A stretch of DNA of 64,000 nucleotides from a bacterium (lineage in GTDB: Bacteria > RBG-13-66-14 > B26-G2 > WVWN01), in NCBI GenBank assembly GCA_035529855.1, contig DATKVX010000039.1:4244-68243 (forward strand). The letters are read 5' to 3'. The notes under the pieces were generated by a model that was given only the letters and a program-made list of their open reading frames with translations, did no database searches and was not told the DNA's origin. The position numbers and the translations under genes are program-made. Shown piece after piece: positions 38,422-47,700 of the stretch (its first letter is position 1; the number at the start of each line of letters is the position of its first letter).

Positions 38422-39309
38422 TCATTTTACGACGTATAAAATGATGAAGACGACCGCCACGTACAGCAAGATGTTCACCTGCAGCGGCCGGTCGGTGATT
38501 AGAATCGCGGAGGGTCGCGCGCCCTTACCCTTCTTGTACATGAGGTAGAGGTAACGGAATATCCCGTAGACCACGAACGGGATGGTGTATATCATTTTAT
38601 TGGTGCCCAAACGCGCGACCGTACCCGGCCAAATGGTGTAGAGGGAATAGGACATCACCGACGACGCCGTCGTGACGCCTATCATTTCGTCGATTAACTT
38701 GGGGGAATAGGAGGCCAGTATCGGGCGGTAGTCCGCCGCGTTCTCCGAGAGGTCCGTAATTTCGCCGCGCCGCTTCGAGAACGCCAAAAACAGCGCCAGG
38801 AAGAAGGTGCATATAAGCAGCCACTCCGATAGTTGGCCCGGCTCGGAAACTATGGCGTAGATGCCGGCGATGGCTCGCAACACGAAACCCAACGCTATGG
38901 CCAAGGAATCGACGATCACGACCCTCTTTACGCCGAACGAGTACGAGAGGTTGATGACGAAGTACGTCACCGCGCATAGGCCGAACTTCCAGCCCAACCA
39001 CCAGAACGAAGGCGCGAGCGACGCCGCGGCAAAGGCCGCGAACAATAAGACGCCGGCGAGCGGAGAAACCCGGCCCGAAGCTATGGGCCGGTTTCTCTTC
39101 TCCGGGTGCCGTCGGTCGTACCGCGCGTCTAAGACGTCGTTTAGAATATAAACGCTGCTCGAGAGAAAACAGAATAAAACGAACCCCAGTACGGCGTGAA
39201 ACGCGTCCGCCAATATCAACGCGCGGCCCGAAAAAACCACCGCTACGAAGACGATAAGGTTCTTCGTCCACTGCCGGGGCCTCATTAATTTTACGATTGC
39301 CGCTATCAT
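38422..39309 (-). CDS. UbiA-family prenyltransferase, decaprenyl-phosphate 5-phosphoribosyltransferase-like (Rv3806c/DPPR-synthase-type).
   Basis: YILNDVLDARYDRRHPEKRNRP carries the NDxxDxxxD motif. 8-9 TM helices. Confidence 0.65.
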   Translation of the reverse strand: MIAAIVKLMRPRQWTKNLIVFVAVVFSGRALILADAFHAVLGFVLFCFLSSSVYILNDVLDARYDRRHPEKRNRPIASGRVSPLAGVLLFAAFAAASLAPSFWWLGWKFGLCAVTYFVINLSYSFGVKRVVIVDSLAIALGFVLRAIAGIYAIVSEPGQLSEWLLICTFFLALFLAFSKRRGEITDLSENAADYRPILASYSPKLIDEMIGVTTASSVMSYSLYTIWPGTVARLGTNKMIYTIPFVVYGIFRYLYLMYKKGKGARPSAILITDRPLQVNILLYVAVVFIILYVVK

Positions 39310-39336
39310 TAAACGGACTCCGCTCGTTTGAAGCGA

Positions 39337-40356
39337 TTATAATTGATAACGGCCGACATCGCAATCACTTTCCGAACCGTCGGGGTCGTAATACCACAAC
39401 AGCAGCTTCGTCGCGCGGTACGTGACCCACCGCGACGCGCGGCCCGCGCGGACCGGCTTAAGCCAGCACGGCTCGCCGAACGGTACCTGCTGCCGCCAGA
39501 AGCCGCGTCGCGTCTGCAGCTCGCGGACGGCCCGGGCGAGGGGCGCGACCTCGAGCCGGGACGCCCCCGCCGCCGCCAACCCCGACGCCACCGTAAGCGC
39601 GTCGTACCGATATTGCGGCCAGCTCAGCCGCCGCCAAGGCCGGCTCGAGCGCGGGAAGCGGCCGTTGTAGTCCGTAAATAGGTTCCCGAGAAGGCACCCT
39701 CTCCCCGTCGCGAGGGTCCTGTCGTCGCGGCCGGCGCCGCCGGCCAGCGCGCGAAGGACCTCGGCCGTCGTACCCGCCGTGCTCGGCGCCGCGTCCCCGT
39801 CCACCTCGAATTCGTCGGCCCAGCCGCCGTCGTGACGTTGGCGTCCTCGCAGCCACGCCCGCACAGGCGCCAACGCCGCGTCGTCGACGCCCCACGCCGC
39901 GAGCGAGCTTACGGCCAGCGCATTACCCGCGACGAACGGGCCGCCCGGGCCCAGCTCGAAGAAACCGTCCGCCGTCCGCCGCGCGAGTACGGCCTCCGCC
40001 GCCCGCGCCGCTACCGGCTCGTTCAAACCGATACCCAAGTCCGCGAGGACCGACAGCTGCCAAACAGCGCCCAGGTACTTCGGTACGTACAAACTAGGGC
40101 GCCGTTGAAAAAAGGGCCCCGGCGCGTACCACAGGCCGTCCGGGGCCTGCGCATCCGCTACGGCGGCCAGGTTCGGGTCCTCGTACCGCCGTTCCCACAA
40201 GGCCGCCGCCTCGACGCAATCGGCCGGCCACTTCAGGAGGTCCACCGCGGCGCGGTACCTGACGAGCGGCGACCGCGCCTTCAAGAGCCAACGCGCCGGG
40301 TCGGCCCGAAAATTCGATGCCAAGTTTTTAGGGAGGTTTTGGGGCCGGGTCGCCAC
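39337..40356 (-). CDS. Prenyltransferase/squalene-oxidase-repeat (alpha-alpha toroid) protein.
   Basis: QxxDGGW-type repeats are present, e.g. RGRQRHDGGWADEF and APDGLWYAPG. Confidence 0.45.
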   Translation of the reverse strand: MATRPQNLPKNLASNFRADPARWLLKARSPLVRYRAAVDLLKWPADCVEAAALWERRYEDPNLAAVADAQAPDGLWYAPGPFFQRRPSLYVPKYLGAVWQLSVLADLGIGLNEPVAARAAEAVLARRTADGFFELGPGGPFVAGNALAVSSLAAWGVDDAALAPVRAWLRGRQRHDGGWADEFEVDGDAAPSTAGTTAEVLRALAGGAGRDDRTLATGRGCLLGNLFTDYNGRFPRSSRPWRRLSWPQYRYDALTVASGLAAAGASRLEVAPLARAVRELQTRRGFWRQQVPFGEPCWLKPVRAGRASRWVTYRATKLLLWYYDPDGSESDCDVGRYQL

Positions 40357-40359
40357 GGC

Positions 40360-41616
40360 TTAGAAAACCGAGATTACTACCATGGCGATGGATAACGCCG
40401 TTAAGACCACGGCCGTAACGCCCGAAATGATATTTTGTAACGGCTTGTTCACGTACTCCCCCATCAAGCGCCGGTCGTTTACCAACACGAGCATGAAGAA
40501 GATTACCGCCGGGAGGGCGACGCCGTTCACGACCTGCGACCAGTACATTATCTTGAAGAGCGGCGCGCCGGGCCATAGCACCGCCAAGGCCCCCACCGCC
40601 AAGATGGCGGTGTAGAGCGCGTAGAACCCGGGCGCCTCCGCGAACTTCTTGTCGACGCCCGCCTCCCAGCCGAACGCCTCCGATATGAAGAACGCCGTCG
40701 CGAGCGGCAGGATGGACGCCGCGAAGAGCGACGCGTTCAAAAGGCCGAAGCCGAACAAGACCGACGCGTATCGCCCGGCGAGCGGTTTGAGCGCCAACGC
40801 CGCGTCGACGGCGTCGCTTATCACGATACCCTGCGGGAACAACGTCGCGCCGCATACGACGACGATAAAGAACGCGACCACGCTCACTACCACCGAGCCG
40901 ATGACGACGTCCCATCTTGAAAGGCGGTATTCCGAGATCTTTACGCCCTTTTCGACGACCGCCGCCTGGAGGTAGAACTGCATCCACGGCGCGACCGTCG
41001 TCCCCACCAGGCCGACCAGCATCGCCAGGTACGCCCCGTCCCAGGATATCTCGGGGGCCGCGACGCTCGCCGCTACCTCGCGCCACGCCGGCCTGGCGAT
41101 GAACCCGGCCACGACGTACGAGACGTACACCAGGCACGCTACCAGGAAGACCTTCTCGACGCGTTTATAATCCCACTTGACGACGAGCAGCCACAACGCG
41201 GCCGCCGCCACCGGCACCGAGACGTACTTGCTGACGCCGACTATCCCCAGGCTGGCCGCGACCCCCGCGAACTCCGCGACGGTGTTGCCGAGGTTGACGA
41301 CCAACATCGCAAACATCAAATAAAAAGTGACGCGTACGCCGAAGCGCTCGCGGATGAGGTCCGACAAACCCTTGCCCGTTACGACGCCCATCCTGAGGCC
41401 CATCTCCTGGACGACTATAAGGAAAACCGTAATGGGGATGAACGCCCACAACATGGCGTAGCCGAAACGCGCGCCGCAGATGGAATACGTCGCGATGCCG
41501 CCGGCGTCGTTATCCACGTTCGACGTGATGATGCCCGGGCCGAGCAGCGCCAGAAAGAGCGCGAAGCCCTTAACGCGCGGCGTAAGCCAGGTGCGCGGTT
41601 TGAAGTTAAGAGCCAA
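40360..41616 (-). CDS. mntH: NRAMP-family divalent metal (Mn2+/Fe2+) transporter.
   Basis: GPGIITSNVDNDAGGIATYS and MLWAFIPITVFLIVVQEMGLRMGVVTGKGL are NRAMP consensus motifs. Confidence 0.85.
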   Translation of the reverse strand: MALNFKPRTWLTPRVKGFALFLALLGPGIITSNVDNDAGGIATYSICGARFGYAMLWAFIPITVFLIVVQEMGLRMGVVTGKGLSDLIRERFGVRVTFYLMFAMLVVNLGNTVAEFAGVAASLGIVGVSKYVSVPVAAAALWLLVVKWDYKRVEKVFLVACLVYVSYVVAGFIARPAWREVAASVAAPEISWDGAYLAMLVGLVGTTVAPWMQFYLQAAVVEKGVKISEYRLSRWDVVIGSVVVSVVAFFIVVVCGATLFPQGIVISDAVDAALALKPLAGRYASVLFGFGLLNASLFAASILPLATAFFISEAFGWEAGVDKKFAEAPGFYALYTAILAVGALAVLWPGAPLFKIMYWSQVVNGVALPAVIFFMLVLVNDRRLMGEYVNKPLQNIISGVTAVVLTALSIAMVVISVF

Positions 41617-41617
41617 C

Positions 41618-42880
41618 CTACTCCTTCTCGAAATCCGGATACATCGCCGCCACGGCGTCGTACAGCGTTACGACGCCCTTGAGCTTGCCGTCGTCGTCTA
41701 CCACCGGCAGCGTCGCGAAGCCGTACTTCCCGAAAAGCTCGAAGACGCGCTCGGGCCGGTCATCTAATTTCGCCGCGACCACCCGTTCGCTCGCGAGCTC
41801 GGCCGCGGGGGTCGTGCGCTTCGCCGACAGCGCGTCGCGCAACGAGAAGACGCCCACCAAAACGTCGTCGTCGTTAACCACGTACACGTAACTGTACGCC
41901 TCGACGTCCTCCGACGCCTTAATCCGTTTGAACGCGGCCGCCACCGTTTCGTCCGGTTTCACGGCCACGTACTCCGTCGTCATTATGGAACCGGCGGTCC
42001 CCTCCTCGTGGTCCAGCAGCTCGCGCAGGTCGTCGGCGAGCTCCGCGTCCTCCATCGCGCCGATGAGCTTCTGGGCCTGCGTTTCGTCCAGCTCGGCCAG
42101 CACGTCCGCCGCCTCGTCGGGGTCCATCTCCTCGATGATGTCGCCCGCGCGTTCCTCGCCCACCGTCTCGAGCAGGTCGACCGCCAACTCGGGCTCGTCG
42201 ACCTCCTCCAATATCTCGGCCGCTTTCTCGTCGTCGAAGGCGGCGAAGACGGCCGCGCGCTCGGGTTGCGGCAGCTCCTCGATGATGTCGGCCAGGTCGG
42301 CGGGGTGCAGCCGGCTCAGCCGCTGGCCGGCGACGTTGAGCTGCAAAGGGCTCCCTACCAGCTGCTCGCCGAGGGGCTGGACGTAGCGCCAATTGACGAA
42401 CCGCTCTTTGACGGTGTAATCGAACAACCACGTCGTAACGGCGTCGAAGGGCCGCAGTACGTTCAGCCGCCGCAGTATCCCCCGCACGCCGACGTCGGCG
42501 TGGATTACGCGTAAATCGCGGTTCGTATTCAACAAGTGGATATCGTTAACGCGTTCCACTTTGGCGCCGTTCATGTCTACGACCTGCTTGTCCCACAAGT
42601 CCGCCACCAGCAGCACCTCGCCCAGGCGCCGCTCGAACCGTTCGAACAAGGCCGGCTCGCCCTCGCGGAGGAATACGCCGTCGCGTTCCATACGGCCTAT
42701 CGCTTCCCACGGGACCCTGACCTTGCCGCGCGGCCGCCGTTGCCGGCATACGAAGTAGCCGACGCGGGGATATTGCTCGCGGCCGTCCGCCGCGCAATCG
42801 ACGACTTCACCGAGCCGCCGCCCGTCGGACGCGCGCAGCGCCTTGCCGATTATGTCGGTCATAAATATGAAGACGTCCAT
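41618..42880 (-). CDS. Cytoplasmic MgtE_N + CBS-pair protein with an N-terminal PRC-barrel-like domain. It has no TM pore.
   Basis: The acidic MgtE_N helix bundle is LADIIEELPQPERAAVF...DLLETVGEERAGDIIEEMDPDEAADVL. Tandem CBS domains follow. Common upstream partner of mntH. Confidence 0.65.
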   Translation of the reverse strand: MDVFIFMTDIIGKALRASDGRRLGEVVDCAADGREQYPRVGYFVCRQRRPRGKVRVPWEAIGRMERDGVFLREGEPALFERFERRLGEVLLVADLWDKQVVDMNGAKVERVNDIHLLNTNRDLRVIHADVGVRGILRRLNVLRPFDAVTTWLFDYTVKERFVNWRYVQPLGEQLVGSPLQLNVAGQRLSRLHPADLADIIEELPQPERAAVFAAFDDEKAAEILEEVDEPELAVDLLETVGEERAGDIIEEMDPDEAADVLAELDETQAQKLIGAMEDAELADDLRELLDHEEGTAGSIMTTEYVAVKPDETVAAAFKRIKASEDVEAYSYVYVVNDDDVLVGVFSLRDALSAKRTTPAAELASERVVAAKLDDRPERVFELFGKYGFATLPVVDDDGKLKGVVTLYDAVAAMYPDFEKE

Positions 42881-42958
42881 CGCCGCACCAACTTCTAAGC
42901 TAAACGGGGCGGTTGCGGCCGCCCCGCGCGTAACGCCACGGTTCGCGGCCCTTCCTAC

Positions 42959-44449
42959 TTATTCCCCGACGTCTATCTGCGCCCGCTGCAGCTTTCCGGA
43001 ATAGTCGAAGTATACGGATTTCCACTCCGTGAAGATATCGAACACCGTAAAGGACCCCTCGCGGTGGCCGTTGCCGGTATCCTTGACGCCGCCGAAGGGC
43101 AAGTGGACTTCCGCGCCGATGGTGGGGCCGTTGACGTACGTGATGCCGGCCTCGATGTCTTCGACGGCCTTGAAGGCCAGGTTAACGTCGCGGGTGTATA
43201 TCGAGCTCGAGAGGCCGTACGAGGAATCGTTCAGCACGCGGATAGCCTCGTCGGCGTCGCCGACCTTGAGAACCGACAGCACGGGCCCGAATATCTCCTC
43301 GCGGGCGATCCGCATCGTCGGCTTTACCCCCAGGAAGACGGTGGGCTTGTAGAAGAAGCCCTTCTTACACTCGCCCTCCTCGTAGAATTCACCGCCCAAC
43401 GCGAGCTCCGCTCCTTCCTCCTTCCCCACCTCGACGTACGAATGGACCGTCTCGCGCTGCGCGGCGCTTACCAGCGGGCCCACCTGGACCGATTCGTCCA
43501 GGCCGTTGCCGAGCTTCAACGCCGCCGCGGCGTCGACGAGCATCTTCACGAACTTATCGTGTATTTTTTTCTCGAGTATCAGGCGGCTGGTGGCGGTGCA
43601 CCGCTGTCCCGCGGTACCGTAGGCGCCCCACAATACGCCCTCGAGAGCCAGCTCCAGGTCCGCGTCGGCGAGGACGATTTGCGCGTTCTTGCCGCCGAGC
43701 TCGAGCGACACTCGCTTGAGGCTTTTTCCGCCCACCTCGTTGATGCGCCGGCCTACGGCGCTCGAGCCGGTGAACGATATTACGTCGACGTCCGGATGGC
43801 CCAGTATCGCCTCGCCCACCGTCGACCCGGAGCCGCACACGATATTGAATACGCCCGACGGAACGCCGGCTTCTTCCAAGATTAAACCCAATTCGCACAC
43901 CGTCGCCGGCGTATAGGTGGCGGGCTTAAGGACGACCGTATCGCCGGCGATAAGAGCCGGAAACACTTTCCAGGTAGGAATGGCCATCGGGAAGTTCCAC
44001 GGCGTAATGAGGCCCGCGACGCCGATAGGCCGCCGAACCGCCATACCGAACTTGCTCGGCAGCTCGACCGGCGTCGTTATACCGAAGAGCCGCCTACCCT
44101 CGCCCGCCATATAGAACGCGGTGTCTATGCCCTCCTGCGTATCGCCGCGCGTCTCCGCGACGACCTTGCCCATTTCGCGGGTCATCTGGCGGGATATCTC
44201 CTCCTTACGCTCGCGCATAAGTTCGCCCGCCCGCTGTATCTTTAACGCCCGGGCCGGCGCCGGGACCTTCCGCCACCGGCCGTACGCGTCGCGGGCGGCC
44301 GCCACCGCTTCGTCCAAATCCCCCGCCGCCGAGTCGGGAAACACGCCGACCAGGTCGTCCTGGTCGGCCGGGTTACGATTCTCGACCGTTTTACCGGATT
44401 TCGCCGGTACCCATTCGCCGGCGATATAATTTTTAAAGTGATGAGCCAT
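42959..44449 (-). CDS. NAD(P)+-dependent aldehyde dehydrogenase.
   Basis: ITPWNFP...VLKPA..., the catalytic LELGGKN...GQRCTA, and EEIFGPV. Confidence 0.85.
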   Translation of the reverse strand: MAHHFKNYIAGEWVPAKSGKTVENRNPADQDDLVGVFPDSAAGDLDEAVAAARDAYGRWRKVPAPARALKIQRAGELMRERKEEISRQMTREMGKVVAETRGDTQEGIDTAFYMAGEGRRLFGITTPVELPSKFGMAVRRPIGVAGLITPWNFPMAIPTWKVFPALIAGDTVVLKPATYTPATVCELGLILEEAGVPSGVFNIVCGSGSTVGEAILGHPDVDVISFTGSSAVGRRINEVGGKSLKRVSLELGGKNAQIVLADADLELALEGVLWGAYGTAGQRCTATSRLILEKKIHDKFVKMLVDAAAALKLGNGLDESVQVGPLVSAAQRETVHSYVEVGKEEGAELALGGEFYEEGECKKGFFYKPTVFLGVKPTMRIAREEIFGPVLSVLKVGDADEAIRVLNDSSYGLSSSIYTRDVNLAFKAVEDIEAGITYVNGPTIGAEVHLPFGGVKDTGNGHREGSFTVFDIFTEWKSVYFDYSGKLQRAQIDVGE

Positions 44450-44676
44450 CGCGACACTCCTCCGATTTTAAACTCGTGAACTATAAATGAACGTTGCCAT
44501 ATGGTATAGTTTTCAGCAATAGAAATCAAGGTTTTTCAAAAAGCGCCTAACTCCGCCGCCCATCCGACGACGTCTTAGCGGTAGGTTAAAAAACCGACGG
44601 CCGGCTGAAGCGTAGGCCCGACTCCGGATAAGGCCGCCGCCGCGCGAGATTAACGCCGCGTCACCTAAAATTAACC

Positions 44677-44704
44677 TTGATATTTATCTACGCGAGGTTA
44701 AAAT
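44677..44704 (+). promoter_or_regulatory. Sigma70-like promoter candidate for the multi-GAF kinase.
   Basis: TTGATA-16 bp-TAAAAT, 25 bp upstream of the ATG. It lies in a 278-bp AT-rich divergent intergenic region. Confidence 0.4.
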
Positions 44705-44728
44705 TAAATTAGGTAGGTACTTAGAGTT

Positions 44729-47700
44729 ATGGCTTCACCCTCCCGGAATAACGAACCCGCCGACGCGAGACGCCGAAAAGACGCCCGCGCTTTAAAAATG
44801 CGGGTTCACGGTACGACGTCGCGGGCCGAATTGCTGCCGCTCGCGACGAGCGGCCTGGCCGAATACTTCGGCGCCGAAGCGTGCGCCATCGTCTCGCGCG
44901 AGGGCACCGACCAACTCGAAATCGCGCTCTCAACCGGGCCTTCCGGGAAATACCGTCAACTCTCTTCGCCGGTCGCAGACGAAAACGTCGCCACTCGAGC
45001 GCTGCGCTCGGGGCGCGTCTTGAACCTGCCGTCGGCGTCCGCGGACGACCTCGCGGGGCTTCCCCTCGTCAAGGGTTACGCCGGCGGCTCGGTATTGGCC
45101 GTACCGTTAAAATCGGCGGACGGCGTAACCGGCGTAACCGTCTTGGTAAAAGGAGCCGAAGCCGGCGCCTTTTCGCCGGAAGACGAAGCCGAAAGTCGGT
45201 CCTTCGCCGACGAAATCGCGGCGACGCTAACCGCGATTAGCGGGCGCGAGAATTTGTCCGCCGAACTCGACCGCCTGAAATGGGAGAACAAACAACTCCG
45301 CCTCGTCATAGAATCCGCTCCCGCCCTATCCTCGGCCCAAGACCTGCAGACGCCGTTGGAACGGCTCCTGCAAGAAACAAGAAAGGGCATCCCGTTCGAC
45401 AAAGGCGCCGTATACTTTTACGACGAGAAGAGCGACGCCGTAAAGCAACTGGCCACCGTCGGCTACACGCCGGAAGAGGCGCAACTCATAACCGAGACTT
45501 TCCGAGAGAGCCTGGCCTACCAGGCCCTGCAGGATAACGAAACGGCCTACGTCGTCGACGTCTCCGCCGCGGCCGGCGGCCTGATGACCGCCGAAACGAG
45601 CGTTGGTTCCTCCCTCGCCGTCCCCATAGCCGTCGGCGAAACCGCCTTCGGCGTTATCACGCTGGGGAGCGACGTACGGGGCGCCTTCGAAAAAGAGGAC
45701 GTAACCTTCGTAGAAGCGCTCGCGGCTTGCGCGGCGTCCGCCGTCGAAAACGCCCGCCGCTTGGAGGGCGAGCGGAAGCGCGCGCTCCAACTAAGTCTCA
45801 TAAATGAGATCGGCAAAAAAGCCCTCCTCAGCGCATCCACGCGCGAGTTATATAAAGAAATAGCGGCCGCCATAAAGGACAAATTCAATTACTACAACGT
45901 CGCCATATTCTCGGTCGACGCGCGCGAAGACGAGCTGTTCCTCGAGACCATAGTAGGGGGTTACGCCAACTACCTTCCGGTAGGTTACCGTCAGCGTCGC
46001 AGCGACGGCCTCGTCGGCGCCGCGGTCGAAGCGAAACGCACAATACTGGTCAACGACGTAACAAAAGACGACCGATTCCTCGCGGCCAACCCGTCGTTGA
46101 CGGAAACCAAGTCCGAGCTGTGCGTACCGGTAATCGGTCGCGGCGGGGCGGCGGTAGCGGCCGTGATAGATATCCAAAGCAGGCGCACCGGCGCTTTCGA
46201 GGAAAGCGATACGCTGGTATTAGCGACGCTGGCCGACCAGGTCGGCGTGATAATCGAAAACGCCGGCTTGCTGCGCGAGGAACGGCAGCGGGCGAGCGAG
46301 ATAGCGCTCATCGGAGACCTCGGTAAAGAAATACTCGCGGCGCACGACGTACCGGCCCTGTTGCGGAAGGCGTCGGCGGCCATAAGGAGACACTTTAAAT
46401 ATTTCAACGTGGCGGCCTTCCTGGTAGACCCGGATGACGTTCAGACCATTATCGGCAGCGTCGTCGAGGGGGCGTACGAGAAAGCGCTCGAAAGGCCGCC
46501 GCGCATCAAACTCGGCGAGGGCTTTATCGGCTGGGCCGCGGAGAAGGGTGAAGTGGCGTTCTCCAACGACGCGACCAACGACCCGCGCTACGCACCCGAC
46601 CCCATCCCCGGCGATACCCGCTCCGAAATCGCCGTCCCCATCAAAATCGGCGACCGCGTCGTGGGCGTTCTCGACGTCCAGGAAAACGCCAAAGACGCGC
46701 TGACCAAACACGACCTGGACCTCCTGCGGACCTTCGCGGACCAACTCGCGGTCGCCATCCAGAACGTAAAGCTACTCACCGACGAACAAAAGGCTACCCA
46801 CAACGCCGAAACCCTCCTCCACATCGGCCACATAGTAAGCCAAACGCCCGACTTGGAGAAATCATTAGAGTTCCTCGTCGAGGAGACGAGGACCATTATG
46901 GACGCCGACGCGTCGGCGTTAATTCTCCTCGACGACGCGAAAGGACCCAAACAATTTAAAGCGTCGGCCGGCCTGTCCGAAGAAAGCGAAAAACTCCTCA
47001 GCTCGGGCGAAATCAACGTGGGGGGCCACCCCATATTCGAGGAGGCGGCGGCCAGAAACAAACCGGTATTCCTGGCCGACGTCGGCCCGACGGATGATAA
47101 GGTAAAAGGCGACTTGCTACCGGGCCTAACCGCCCGGTCGTTAGCCGTCGCGGCCCTAAAAAAGAAAAATCGCGTTTTGGGTTTTCTACTGTCTATTTGG
47201 CAAACGCCCCGCCCGGCCGTTTCGGAATCGGACCTCGCGTTATTCGAGGGCATCGCCTTCCAAGCCGCCATCGGCGTCGAAAACTTGCTGTACCTTGAAA
47301 ACGTTAAAAGACAAACCGACTACCTCGCCATCCTGAGCTCGATCGCCGCCGACGCCAGCCGGCTGCCGCCGTTCGACGAACTGCTGGACGCCGCCCTCGA
47401 AAAAATACGTTCCTTCGCCGGACTCGACGCCGGCGTCGTCCACTTATACGACGCGAAACGCCGTTCGTTGGTCTTAACCGCGACCGCGAGCGTCGACGAC
47501 GAAAAATCGAAAAGTTGGGAGGGACTCGCGGACATCGGGGGCGAACGCGCCGCGGCCTTATTGACCGAGGATACGATAACGCGGGAGCGTCCGGCGGAGG
47601 CCGACCCCTTCGGCCTTCCGGCCCGCGACGCCGAGGGGCCGGCGTCGTACGTCTCGCTCCCCCTGGTCGCCAAGCGAGAAGTGCTCGGCAGGCTGACGTT

